From a virus, in the IMG/VR virus record IMGVR_UViG_3300022896_000002, positions 1 through 42,270 of that record: 42,270 nt of DNA; one strand, written 5' to 3'. Below are positions 33,262-42,270 of the stretch, in pieces. Position 1 is the stretch's first letter. The number at the start of each line of letters is the position of its first letter. The notes beneath the pieces were generated by a model. The model saw only the letters and a list, made by a program, of their open reading frames with translations. It made no database searches and was not told the DNA's origin. Both the position numbers and the translations under genes were made by a program.

Positions 33262-34179
33262 TTAGGCGCCAACTGTGCCGGTAGCACCAGTAGATGCAAC
33301 AGACTTTTGGAACAGACCGTAACCTACAGCACCGCGCCAATAGGTACCAGTATAGACCTTACGTCGCATGAACTCTGCTTCAGACTGGTTGATAACACTT
33401 CCCTCTGTTGGTAAATGTCCAAGCACCGCTAGAGGTTCGTACTTACGGTTTAGTTTTACAAATGGAGCCACAACGCCTGATTTGTTAACAAGGTACCATG
33501 CGTTCACGTCTGTAAGCCATGGGTTAACACGTACTTCGGCGGTATTGTAGAACTCGTTTGCAACACCTGGGGCTAGTTCTGGTCGGCCTACAATTGCATA
33601 GGCTGCGCTTTCAAGCTCGGGTGGGACGATTAATACTAGGTCGAGTAGTGCATTTACAGGACGTCCTTGGTCGTCTTTGAACCGACGGAACAATGTACGA
33701 GCTGCACCATACGATGTCGGACCTAGCTTATCTGTTAGCAAGTTACTCTGTATCCCACTAGCACCTACGGAGTGATCGGTATCATAGAAGTATTGGCCGT
33801 CATATGCAAGCGATGAGAAGCCACCTGGCAATACCGTGCCGTAGAGAAGCTCATCAGGGAACATTGCTGAACTTTCACCAATTTGGGCAGCAAGTACTGC
33901 GTACTTGCCAGTCTGGTCATCGTCAACGTCCTTGAGGTCGATTGCGATAGATGATTCATATTCTTCGTTTTCGATACGGTACTTGTAGTTACCGAGCTGT
34001 ACAGGCTTGCGCTCACCGTTGAACAAACGCATGCGAGGTACTGATCCTAGCCACGCAAAGTCTTCAGACTGAGTTGTACTAGTAACATCCATCATTATGC
34101 CTCTATTATCGGCCTTATATGCGTCATAGGCTTCTTGGTATTCACTACGCAAGCCTTTGACAAATAGATCATCTAACAT
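33262..34179 (-). CDS. Major capsid protein (Mu gpT-like)
   Basis: 305 aa. DVTSTTQSEDFAWLGSVPRMRLFNGERKPVQLGNYKYRIENEEYESSIAIDLKDVDDDQTGKY fits the gpT-family pattern (S..e.y.WLg..P.mReW.GeR...l....y.i.N..fE..i.v...d..dD). Confidence 0.85.
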   Translation of the reverse strand: MLDDLFVKGLRSEYQEAYDAYKADNRGIMMDVTSTTQSEDFAWLGSVPRMRLFNGERKPVQLGNYKYRIENEEYESSIAIDLKDVDDDQTGKYAVLAAQIGESSAMFPDELLYGTVLPGGFSSLAYDGQYFYDTDHSVGASGIQSNLLTDKLGPTSYGAARTLFRRFKDDQGRPVNALLDLVLIVPPELESAAYAIVGRPELAPGVANEFYNTAEVRVNPWLTDVNAWYLVNKSGVVAPFVKLNRKYEPLAVLGHLPTEGSVINQSEAEFMRRKVYTGTYWRGAVGYGLFQKSVASTGATGTVGA

Positions 34180-34204
34180 TTATTTAAATCTCCAATTAAT
34201 TAGT

Positions 34205-34618
34205 TTACGCGTCAGGCGTAAGAGCTACAAATACTTTAGTCGCACTTACGAATTCAGTGACAACACCGACCAGGATGTCATTCGTAGTTGTAGCAGCAAG
34301 TGCTACGGTTTGGTTGTCAACTGCGTACACTTTTTGACCTACCCATGCTTGTGTAGCGCTTGCGCATGCTAAATCGATTACGCCCGTGGCCCACACGCGA
34401 ACAGTCTTCGCGCCTGCAGCACCAGCGGTGTTCTTCGAAGTCTTATCAGCAATACCTACAACTTTGGTGCTGGCAGTATCGGCTGCATTTACTGCGTATC
34501 CTGCTGCATTTACTGCAACTAACGCACCCGCAAGGATGTCAGTAGAAGCCGCGACTTTATATGGGCGAATGTAACCTTGCCCACGCTGAATTGCACGGGG
34601 AACTGTTAAGTTAGCCAT
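34205..34618 (-). CDS. Putative head decoration / DUF2190-like protein
   Basis: 137 aa, Ala/Gly/Val-rich, lying between the protease-scaffold and capsid genes. Confidence 0.6.
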   Translation of the reverse strand: MANLTVPRAIQRGQGYIRPYKVAASTDILAGALVAVNAAGYAVNAADTASTKVVGIADKTSKNTAGAAGAKTVRVWATGVIDLACASATQAWVGQKVYAVDNQTVALAATTTNDILVGVVTEFVSATKVFVALTPDA

Positions 34619-35913
34619 TATTCAATATCCTCCATTGTTATTGTCCCAGCCTTAAGCTGTTTCTTAAATGTTCCGGGATTAAAGCCCATCTTCACGATTT
34701 TAGCTTCATCCTCTTTGCTAAGCTCGACTTTTTTCTCTCCCCCAGCGCCTTTTTCACCGAATTTTACGTAATCCGGACCTGCCCCAAGAATAGCAGACAA
34801 AAGGCTAGTTACGCTAGTGCTTTGACCTTTTGACAAGTTAAGTGACTTAACATCAGTCGAAAGTGTTACTGCGCCTTGCTTAGCGAGGGCCATGAATAGG
34901 TCTTTTTGAGCAGGTGTGATTTTACCTTTAGCAAGAAGGGTTTGGTAATCCTTCTCTGCCTTAAGCGCAGCGTTCTCAGCCATCACTCGTGATAATTGCT
35001 CATCTTTAGATTCATTTTTCTTTCGTTCCTCTTCAGCCTCCTGCTCGCGCTTCTCTTCAGCTTCGCGATCAGCTGCTTCTTTTGCTTCACGGGCCTGCTT
35101 ATCTTCGTCAGTTTCCTGATTCTCATCGGCTGGCTTCTCAGCAGAGTTAACCTGATCGGTTACGGCTTGTCCCTGTTCGGTAGGAACTTCTAGCTCAGCT
35201 CCAGCTTCAAGGGTTTTCTTCTGCTCGTTGCCTTCAGCGTCAGTGTAGGTAACTTCAACTGGGTATTCTTTATCGTTGGTGATCTTAGAAAATTTCATAC
35301 GCCTCAACTCCTCTACTTTATCTTTACTCATCATTATAATGCTTGGCTGCAATTTACCAAATCCAGTATTTTCAGCGAACTCGTCAAATCGCTTCGAAAG
35401 CTCGAGGTTATCTGTCTTTTGGAAATCGTCCATGTCGTTCAGATATGGGTCAGTTACTAAGGCGACGTGTATCAATGTCGGGCCATAGTGCTTGCCGTCT
35501 TTCTGACTTACATAGTCCCAGTCAAAGCCCATGCTCACATCGAACACAAGACCTTTGTTTATCTTATCAAGGGCTCTCTCGTCCCGAATATCAAGGTAGG
35601 CCCACATGCCGCCTGGGCCTTTTTCCAGCTTCATTACTTCGCCCGCATTGGCAGTAACATCACCAGTGTGGTTGAGTGGCACGGACACACGTTTGCCATG
35701 TGTTTTCTTGTTAAAGTTTTCGATCATTTGATCTGCAATGTCTTCGCTGAGCTCCATCCAGAACTCTTCATCGAACCACCAGTTAGGGTTTACCCACTGG
35801 CCATAAGACATAATTTGTTTGCGAAATATAGTTCCAACAACCTGATCGGTCTTGCCAAGCTGGACTTGGCTAATTGCCGACCTCAATGTTGTATCTTTAG
35901 AGAGTGGATTCAT
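34618..35913 (-). CDS. Prohead protease-scaffold protein (Mu gpI-like)
   Basis: 431 aa. The N-terminal VSVPLNHTGDVTANAGEVMKLEKGPGGMWAYLDIRDERALDKINKGLVFDVSMGF fits the Mu I family. There is an acidic coiled-coil middle region (EAEEKREQEAEEERKK). Confidence 0.75.
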   Translation of the reverse strand: MNPLSKDTTLRSAISQVQLGKTDQVVGTIFRKQIMSYGQWVNPNWWFDEEFWMELSEDIADQMIENFNKKTHGKRVSVPLNHTGDVTANAGEVMKLEKGPGGMWAYLDIRDERALDKINKGLVFDVSMGFDWDYVSQKDGKHYGPTLIHVALVTDPYLNDMDDFQKTDNLELSKRFDEFAENTGFGKLQPSIIMMSKDKVEELRRMKFSKITNDKEYPVEVTYTDAEGNEQKKTLEAGAELEVPTEQGQAVTDQVNSAEKPADENQETDEDKQAREAKEAADREAEEKREQEAEEERKKNESKDEQLSRVMAENAALKAEKDYQTLLAKGKITPAQKDLFMALAKQGAVTLSTDVKSLNLSKGQSTSVTSLLSAILGAGPDYVKFGEKGAGGEKKVELSKEDEAKIVKMGFNPGTFKKQLKAGTITMEDIE

Positions 35914-35976
35914 AACCGTATTATGTCACAATGACTACCATTTTGATAGCAAAATGCTTAAAACCTAGCGATGCTA

Positions 35977-36005
35977 TTGACATTATATAGTCTTTGTGCT
36001 AATAT
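35977..36005 (+). promoter_or_regulatory. Orphan plus-strand sigma70-like promoter inside the late arm
   Basis: TTGACA (35977-35982), 17-nt spacer, TAATAT (36000-36005). An alternative TATAAT lies at 36003-36008. Confidence 0.45.
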
Positions 36006-36011
36006 AATAGT

Positions 36012-36128
36012 GTATCAGCTGAGAACGGTCCGCCCGCTGCTGGATACTACAAAGCCCCAATAGTCGGCATCGACAGCGTAAGGCTCCTAATGGCAACCAA
36101 ACCCTCGTAACTACAGCGAGGGTTTTAT
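36012..36128 (+). ncRNA. Candidate ~115-nt cis-antisense sRNA opposite the capsid-operon leader
   Basis: It is bounded by the promoter at 35977 and the terminator at 36101-36132. It contains no ORF longer than 6 codons and has a 5' hairpin (GTATCAGC pairing with GCTGGATAC, one bulge). Confidence 0.3.
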
Positions 36129-36132
36129 ATAT
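36101..36132 (+). terminator. Plus-strand intrinsic terminator
   Basis: ACCCTCG (36101-36107) pairs with CGAGGGT (36117-36123), followed by TTTTATATAT. Confidence 0.5.
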
Positions 36133-36135
36133 GGT

Positions 36136-36162
36136 ATTATAACTCAGGTTACTGCCTATCAA
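36136..36162 (-). promoter_or_regulatory. Candidate minus-strand promoter of the capsid/tail operon
   Basis: The minus strand reads TTGATA (36162..36157), 15-nt spacer (16 nt if the -35 is read as TTTGAT), TATAAT (36141..36136). It lies directly after the upstream terminator. Confidence 0.35.
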
Positions 36163-36193
36163 AAAAAGACCCTCGGCACTTGGGTCTTTTTTT
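36161..36193. terminator. Bidirectional intrinsic terminator ending the terminase/portal/tail-fibre operon
   Basis: AAAAAAAGACCC-tcggcactt-GGGTCTTTTTTT, located 15 nt downstream of the stop at 36208. Confidence 0.8.
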
Positions 36194-36207
36194 ATTTCAC
36201 CTCTTAG

Positions 36208-36720
36208 TTAACTTAACTCAATAGTGACATTCTCTACAGATATACTTGTGGTGCCACTAAGTAGTGAAAACTGGCTAGTAAGACTAAAGGTCTGATCAGC
36301 AGATGTATCTATTGCCCACTTCGCCGCTTTAAAGGAAGATGATACACCAAGCACCAATGGTGCTGAGGCGGTAGATTGTTCAATGCGTGCGTAAACTACT
36401 TGGCTGTTAACAGACTTATTAACTATCTTGCCTTTAAGGATAAAGGGCTCATTGGTCTGCGATACAGCTAGGGCTGTGCCTGAGGAGACTGTCAATACTG
36501 ATGCACCGTACTTAAGCCTTAGCGTGAGGGTTGGCAATGAAAGAAGGGGCGTAGTGAGCATACATAGTAGCTCGAATGACAACTCCTTCACAGCACCCAT
36601 CTTCCCTGCTGGTATGACCTGAGTAAATAGGTTTGTTTCTGCTGTTGTATTTGTAACCGTTGAACCAGAAAGTTCGGTGACCGCAAACCCTCTGCCTGTT
36701 TCTCGTTGAAGCTTTGCCAT
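36208..36720 (-). CDS. Hypothetical protein downstream of the tailspike (170 aa)
   Basis: Same frame as the ORF-track entry 36208..36897. I prefer the ATG at 36720 (MAKLQRETGRG...) because it lies 2 nt after the tailspike stop; the longer form overlaps the tailspike by 175 nt. Confidence 0.6.
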   Translation of the reverse strand: MAKLQRETGRGFAVTELSGSTVTNTTAETNLFTQVIPAGKMGAVKELSFELLCMLTTPLLSLPTLTLRLKYGASVLTVSSGTALAVSQTNEPFILKGKIVNKSVNSQVVYARIEQSTASAPLVLGVSSSFKAAKWAIDTSADQTFSLTSQFSLLSGTTSISVENVTIELS

Positions 36721-36722
36721 AG

Positions 36723-39125
36723 TTATACCGTTGTTAACGTCCCTCTCTGGTTTATTATTAGAAAATCTGTATTGGCTGTGATACATTCCACTGTCACACA
36801 GTCGTATCGGTTCTGGGCAGATAAGGAACCACCCGTACCTGTGGTGGTGTCTGTTGCACCGTGGATAGTCTGACCCGAGTTCTGCGCCAACCTCCATAGG
36901 CCCGCTCCTTTGCCGCGGATGATAAACTGATCACCTTGCGTGGCTGTTGTAGGGAGAGTGCCAGTCACTAGCGCAGCATTGTTCATAATGTATCGGATAT
37001 TAGGCGATAGGGCTTGGCTTGTGCCAGTCACTTCAACTATCTGCGACGATTGTGCCGAGATGTCTGATGCCCATATCTTCCAGGTTCCGCCTGACGAATA
37101 GAGCACGACATATCCATAGTTTTTATTGATAACCAGTGAAGACTGACCGTCGATTGTCTGCGAACTAGTCGTTGCGATATTTATATTATTTGTCGCAGCA
37201 GTTCCAAGACCGTCCTTAATTACATAGACCCGCCCTGCATTACCTGATGAGGAGGGTAGGGTTATAGTCCTGGCTGCAGTCTGAGCGCTGTACTCAACCA
37301 TGCAATGAAAACTACTCAGCGTGAAGTTTATGTCATTTATCTTGTGCAATGTCCATCCAACTGAACCAAATGACTGTACACTCGATGTATTTGTAGTAGT
37401 CACAGCACCAGATGTTACAGCTACGTTTGTCGCTGCCTCTGTGTAACCAAGACCGAAACGGTTGTTCACTGTATCGACATTAAATAGGTTTAATGTTTCA
37501 GCAGCATTAGTAATACCGAAAAAGTTAGTCAGATCTGTACCCGGGCTATGGAGTTCTCTACCCTGTCCCTGGGTTTTGTACTTACGAGTTATATTGGTGT
37601 CAGGCCCCTTAAGGATGTCTGTTACAGGCTGTCCTGTTATGCCGCTTGATACCACGGACTGGTTTAGTGACCCCGCATAGGTTGTATAGCCGTAGCTTCC
37701 GCCAACTTGCGATGTGTTGGTGAAGGCGGTTAGGGCTTCGTCGGTAGTATTCCCCTGGTAGTAGTTATTCTTAACTACACATGATGCATAACTCTGAAGG
37801 CTATCGCCATTCCAAGCCCGTACACCGGTAGGGCAATTGGAGACTCGGTTATTAGTAACAAACGCACCATCACGACGGTTAATGAGGATACCTGCACCGT
37901 CGGCACCTGTCTTGCCGCATGTATCAACCGTGTTCCCGCTACAGGTTAGATTTGGAGCATTCAGGTTAATGCCGGCACGTTGGTTAGAACCACCAGCCTG
38001 GCCGCATAGATATACATTATTGTTAGAAATTAATGTTCTTGAGAGAGTTGCACCTTGAATATTAATACCATCAGTTAGACAGTTATATATATTGTTACTA
38101 CTTACAACACCATCGGTTAGTGTTGTGCCACCATTTGAGGCAATGATCTTAATCCCAGCACCACCGTCGGTAGTGACTCCGCTAACATCGTTATCTCCAA
38201 CTGTGAAGAATGAGGTATTCTCAATACGAATTGCATTGCCTCGACCATCACCAGTTACCACATTGCCAGTAACAACAATATGGTTAGAGCGGACTGTGGA
38301 AGTATCAGAGAAATCATAGTCAACATCAATACAATCATCAGCATATACACCGCCGTTAACAATATTCCCATTTATAACGCCGTAATCTGTACTGGTCAGG
38401 GAAATACCGTTGCCGGTTAGATCATGGACATTGCAGCCCTGTACGACAACGTTACGACAATGCTGAATATAGATAGCTTGTCGTATAGGGCTCGCACCAG
38501 TAGGACTATTAAATGAGGCCTCACAGTTGACGATACGAACATCATCCGCATTGTTAATGAGAATACAGTTGCCGTAATTGCTTACGAAGGTAATGCCTTC
38601 GATGTGGATGTTACTATAGACTGTCTTTGTAGTACCAGAGAGGACTGTGTACAGTAATCGGTAATCAGTACTAGAGCCAGTGATCGTGACCGGGCCGTCG
38701 GCCACAAGACGCACATTACTCTTCATAACGATTGAACCGTTAGTGCTTAAGTTGCCGCGGAGTACCACGGTGCCACCTGTTGCGGTCACATCATTAATTG
38801 CCGAGTTGACTGCTGCCTGGTCACCTGTACCGGTATAGATATAATCAGCTGCCATACCAACCTGTCCGACAGTACGGGTGAATGCTCGGCTTTTCGTTAG
38901 GGGTACGCTGGCAGTCCCACCAAGATCGCCCGCTAACTGTACTCTTCCCTTGACTGATGCTGTTGCGTCTGCAGACACGACTACTTCCGCCCCATCTATG
39001 CCATAGGCCAAATCACCATTCAGCTTGGCGTACATCTTTGTCTTTCCGCCACTAATAGTTGGAGGAGGAGTAGATAACCTGTTAAATTCTACCGAATGCT
39101 TTATCTCAGTATTACCACTAGACAT
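36723..39125 (-). CDS. Tailspike with a right-handed parallel beta-helix (pectate-lyase-like, putative polysaccharide depolymerase)
   Basis: About 800 aa. It shows periodic PbH1-like repeats (VRIVNCEA, VVVQGCNVHDLTGNGISL, VTGNVVTGDGRGNAIRIEN, ISNNNVYLCGQ, VTNNRVSNCPTGV). I prefer the start at 39125 (MSSGNTEIK), with AAGGG upstream; the ORF track starts at 39185. Confidence 0.8.
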   Translation of the reverse strand: MSSGNTEIKHSVEFNRLSTPPPTISGGKTKMYAKLNGDLAYGIDGAEVVVSADATASVKGRVQLAGDLGGTASVPLTKSRAFTRTVGQVGMAADYIYTGTGDQAAVNSAINDVTATGGTVVLRGNLSTNGSIVMKSNVRLVADGPVTITGSSTDYRLLYTVLSGTTKTVYSNIHIEGITFVSNYGNCILINNADDVRIVNCEASFNSPTGASPIRQAIYIQHCRNVVVQGCNVHDLTGNGISLTSTDYGVINGNIVNGGVYADDCIDVDYDFSDTSTVRSNHIVVTGNVVTGDGRGNAIRIENTSFFTVGDNDVSGVTTDGGAGIKIIASNGGTTLTDGVVSSNNIYNCLTDGINIQGATLSRTLISNNNVYLCGQAGGSNQRAGINLNAPNLTCSGNTVDTCGKTGADGAGILINRRDGAFVTNNRVSNCPTGVRAWNGDSLQSYASCVVKNNYYQGNTTDEALTAFTNTSQVGGSYGYTTYAGSLNQSVVSSGITGQPVTDILKGPDTNITRKYKTQGQGRELHSPGTDLTNFFGITNAAETLNLFNVDTVNNRFGLGYTEAATNVAVTSGAVTTTNTSSVQSFGSVGWTLHKINDINFTLSSFHCMVEYSAQTAARTITLPSSSGNAGRVYVIKDGLGTAATNNINIATTSSQTIDGQSSLVINKNYGYVVLYSSGGTWKIWASDISAQSSQIVEVTGTSQALSPNIRYIMNNAALVTGTLPTTATQGDQFIIRGKGAGLWRLAQNSGQTIHGATDTTTGTGGSLSAQNRYDCVTVECITANTDFLIINQRGTLTTV

Positions 39126-39480
39126 TGTTAACCCTTGCCCCATAGAGCTGTATATATAGCTTTGATGTGCTTGTGCTGCCACCACCAGTAGCGGAACTTG
39201 CGACTAATTGATCACCTGTGGCCATGACAATGCCCTCAAGTTCTAAGAAGTCAGCCGCGGGCACTTCTTTATCGTATATCAGGTAGTCCCTATTACCAGT
39301 GGCACCATCTGCAGCCAGACGGTGCGCGAGGCGGATAGTATAGGGAGTAGTTGTGTCTATATTGGTAATCCTTAGCTTGCCTATCTGCCAAGTCTCACCT
39401 GCTGGCACGATCGATCCGGTAACAGTCGATAACGCAGTCGGTATGTTTGTCCCGATAATTCTTCCGTAAGTTGCTCTCAT
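39118..39480 (-). CDS. Hypothetical small protein between the tail fibre and tailspike genes
   Basis: ORF track (120 aa), coupled to both neighbours. Confidence 0.6.
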   Translation of the reverse strand: MRATYGRIIGTNIPTALSTVTGSIVPAGETWQIGKLRITNIDTTTPYTIRLAHRLAADGATGNRDYLIYDKEVPAADFLELEGIVMATGDQLVASSATGGGSTSTSKLYIQLYGARVNNV

Positions 39481-39485
39481 TTTAT

Positions 39486-42270
39486 TTAAAACCCTCCATA
39501 TTTTATGAACTCGTCATTATCGTAGCCCGAGTTATTTCGGCACTCGTCAATCGTTGATGAGTTTACCAATTCGATTGGCTTATACGTACCCTGTCCAGTA
39601 CCGATGACTGAGTTGCTGATCATTCTCTTTATATTGCAGCCCACTGCTCTAAGCGCTGCCGAGTCGCCTGAACCGCTTGAGGGAGCAATGTAGTTATCTT
39701 CTATATAGAAGCCGCTCACCTGTCCAGGTATCGTATCGTATCCCCTTAAGCTTATAGCACCTGTACTTACGCCAAACCATGAGAATACCTTATTGCCTCT
39801 GATGAACACCCTTCTGAGGAGGTTATTCGATAGGTTGTTACCTAGGGTTACAGCGTTTGTGCGTATATTTCTCATCTTGTTATCTTCAAAGACTATTTCA
39901 TCGAAGGCCATGGTATAAGTCGAATCAAGCGTCTGCGCCTGCAAGCCATAGTTAAACCCATCGATTGTATTTGCAGATATGGTTACGTTCTTCGTAGTCT
40001 CGATAATGTGGGCAAATCCATCAGGGCCGGGAACCCTGTCAAAGATGTGTACGAATCCATTTGAGTGCGAAACGTTGCTAGTTGAGGCAATATTATGAAC
40101 TACATCCACGTTCTGGCTGTTGATAATAGTGGCAAATTTATAGTTTGTGGTCGCGCTATAAAGGTTGTCGTGTATATTAACACCGTCACATTCCATGACA
40201 CCGACTGCATTAGCGTCGCCATTCTCGAATATATTACCGGATACGTCTACGTTTTGGTTATTGATGTAGCACATCAGCTCATATGCAAGCTGGTTGGCGT
40301 TGTTCTTCCAAACATTATTCTGGATATATCCATCAAGCTCGTTAATGAATAGGATTTGCTCATTGCTACCTGCATCGCTTGACTCAACAATATTGCTGTA
40401 GAAGCGATTATTCCTACTCTGGCCATTGTAGAGTTGGTAATTGAACACCCCAGTACCCGTATCGGTAATATCGATTGTGGTGCCGGCGAGGGCGTTAACG
40501 AGACTGGTTGCAAACTTTGTAGTAGTGTTTGTCTGCTTGACCATGTAGTACCAAGTCCCAGCTACCAAAGGCGCGGGCAATGTGCCAGTCGATGAGAATC
40601 TTACCTGTGTACCGGTTGCAAAGTTCTGGCTAATCGTTACTATGTCGGTTGTAGCATTAACTTCTACTGGTGAGAATGACGGCGTAAGAGTCATCGTACC
40701 TGTTCCCTGAGAAGTAATGTCTATGGCCGTACCAGTAGTTGCATCCGCGCTAGAAGCAGCTACCTTTATTATTAACGTATTAACATTGATCGCATAATAC
40801 TGAGTATTAGCTACCAACGGTGAAGGCAATGTGCCAGTCGATGAGAAGGTAAATTGTGTACCTGTGGCATAGTTCTTCTCAATATCCATCTGATCTGTGG
40901 CGGTATCAATGTCCGTCGATAAGAAAGATGCGTTCGTTTGCACATATGTACCCATGCGTATGCTCCAGTTACTCCTAGAAGGAATAATCGCATCCGCAAC
41001 AAGCGACCGTTGACCCTTGAAGTGACAGTCATGAATAGAAATGTTATCGCCTTGGTATAGGTGGATGTATCCCATGTTAGGGCGAAGTGACGCATCAAAT
41101 GTGAAACCAGCTATCTCAATGTCGCCTAGACCGACAGTCGAGTCTTGAAAGAATATAGGGCGGGTGTAGTTATAGTTTGCCACCACAACAGTGCGACCTA
41201 TCCCGTCACCGATAAGCTTGATCTTGCGGCGACCGAATGTTATAGCTGTGGAGCCTGTCCAGTCATAAAATCCATACTTAACTAAAATAGATGCGGCGGT
41301 ATCAAGAGGCACAGAGTTAATAGCGGCCTGTATTGTTGCACAGAGATTGTTGCTGTAGCTAGAGGTATTGAAATCAGCGCCACTTGCAGCCACCTTGATT
41401 ACTATGTCGGCCTTTGCAACCTCCCCCTGGACAAATGCGGTAGTGGCTAGAGAGGTATCGTTATCACCCGAAGCTGCTGTAGGCGCCGTAGGATTGCCCG
41501 TGAATACAGGTGATGCAAGCGGTGCCTTCTCAGTATCGAGCTCGTTAATAGCGGCTTGTACGTTGCTGGCGGCCACACCCCCCGCAGGAGTATTCGTAAT
41601 CTGGGTGGCTGTATAGTCACCAGTCTGTGCGATAACTGTTCCTGCGCGACCGAATACGGTGTTTACTTCTGAGGGGCTTACTTCAATATATGACGATCCG
41701 CTCCATCGGTACACCTTATTTGTGTTGGTGGCAACATAAATCTTGCCTATCTCACCAGTCACAGGGAAGGCTGCTAGATTGGCGTACGGCTCAACATCAT
41801 CAACATAAGATGGCAATTGCGTGCTTGGCACCTTACCACCGCTATCAAGGGTTGCAACACCGTTAGGAGTACCCTTTTCCGAATTATTGACCTTGGAGTC
41901 TAGCGCTGTTTGTAGGCCAGTAGTGTCAGCGATAGCGTGTGTATGTACTAAATCAGCCTTGCCGTCGAGTTTAGTATCAGTGTCATCTACTACCTCCTGC
42001 ACGTCAGACTGCATCGCTATTGTGCCGTCTTTATCAGGGAAGGTCGCTGTTCGGTTATCGGTAATCTGGGACAGGTCTATGTTTTCGTTGAGATCGTTAA
42101 GGTGGAAGCCACCACCACTTCCTAGGTTAAGATACGAGGGAACCGTTCCATTTCCACCAAGTGATAAGAACTTTCCAGCTCCAGGGTCATAAATCATTAC
42201 AGATGCACTGTCATAACCCCCGATTCCGTTGTCGAGTTTGGCTGTAAATCCACCCTCTGATATGAGTCCA
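39486..42270 (-). CDS. Tail fibre protein, 3' part. It continues from 522..1 across the junction and contains a beta-helix region and an internal ~83-aa duplication.
   Basis: The ORF-track protein of 903 aa starts at an internal Met (42197), and the frame stays open to the window edge. Motifs include HTHAIADTTGLQTALDSKV, beta-helix repeats (NISIHDCHF, VDVSGNIFENGDANAVG, VTISANTIDGF, IEDNYIAPS) and a duplicated ATGTQ..FSSTGTLP.PLVA.T.YY module. Confidence 0.85.
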   Translation of the reverse strand, partial: GLISEGGFTAKLDNGIGGYDSASVMIYDPGAGKFLSLGGNGTVPSYLNLGSGGGFHLNDLNENIDLSQITDNRTATFPDKDGTIAMQSDVQEVVDDTDTKLDGKADLVHTHAIADTTGLQTALDSKVNNSEKGTPNGVATLDSGGKVPSTQLPSYVDDVEPYANLAAFPVTGEIGKIYVATNTNKVYRWSGSSYIEVSPSEVNTVFGRAGTVIAQTGDYTATQITNTPAGGVAASNVQAAINELDTEKAPLASPVFTGNPTAPTAASGDNDTSLATTAFVQGEVAKADIVIKVAASGADFNTSSYSNNLCATIQAAINSVPLDTAASILVKYGFYDWTGSTAITFGRRKIKLIGDGIGRTVVVANYNYTRPIFFQDSTVGLGDIEIAGFTFDASLRPNMGYIHLYQGDNISIHDCHFKGQRSLVADAIIPSRSNWSIRMGTYVQTNASFLSTDIDTATDQMDIEKNYATGTQFTFSSTGTLPSPLVANTQYYAINVNTLIIKVAASSADATTGTAIDITSQGTGTMTLTPSFSPVEVNATTDIVTISQNFATGTQVRFSSTGTLPAPLVAGTWYYMVKQTNTTTKFATSLVNALAGTTIDITDTGTGVFNYQLYNGQSRNNRFYSNIVESSDAGSNEQILFINELDGYIQNNVWKNNANQLAYELMCYINNQNVDVSGNIFENGDANAVGVMECDGVNIHDNLYSATTNYKFATIINSQNVDVVHNIASTSNVSHSNGFVHIFDRVPGPDGFAHIIETTKNVTISANTIDGFNYGLQAQTLDSTYTMAFDEIVFEDNKMRNIRTNAVTLGNNLSNNLLRRVFIRGNKVFSWFGVSTGAISLRGYDTIPGQVSGFYIEDNYIAPSSGSGDSAALRAVGCNIKRMISNSVIGTGQGTYKPIELVNSSTIDECRNNSGYDNDEFIKYGGF
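42144..42270. repeat. Terminal direct repeat copy 2, identical to 1..127
   Basis: Exact 127-nt identity with the window start. Confidence 0.95.

Overview
The window is a complete dsDNA phage genome of 42,143 bp. Bases 1-127 are repeated exactly at 42144-42270, the signature of a circular or circularly permuted contig, and the junction falls inside a 1,059-aa tail-fibre gene. All calls were made by eye from the sequence and ORF track; no database search was run.

Layout:
- Minus strand, late arm (6048 down to 1, wrapping to 42270 down to 19757): Zn-ribbon protein, TerS, TerL, portal fused to a MuF-like domain, a tail-fibre/beta-helix tailspike module, terminator, Mu-like protease-scaffold (gpI-like), decoration-like protein, Mu gpT-like major capsid protein, connectors, tail tube, chaperone with a -1 frameshift, tape measure, distal tail/baseplate genes, then an M23-peptidase lysis cassette. 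No sheath gene was recognised, so it looks siphovirus-like.
- Plus strand, early arm (6241-19692): about 40 small, tightly coupled genes. The only recognisable functions are a DEDDh exonuclease, a PD-(D/E)XK nuclease, a Sak4-like ATPase and a secreted Apf/SLT_2-like wall hydrolase.
- I recognised no polymerase, primase, helicase, integrase, repressor, tRNA or CRISPR.

Most interesting observations:
1. A 1.1-kb ORF-free gap (7306-8416) with its own strong promoter. It contains six sets of nested, statistically improbable long helices, making it a candidate giant structured ncRNA (GOLLD/ROOL-like or new).
2. Four copies of a sigma70-type promoter whose 17-bp spacer is almost invariant.
3. Five TCTATAGA palindromes inside the first early gene.
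4. Convergent promoters predicting a cis-antisense sRNA over the capsid-operon leader.
5. A receptor-binding module inserted into the head module.
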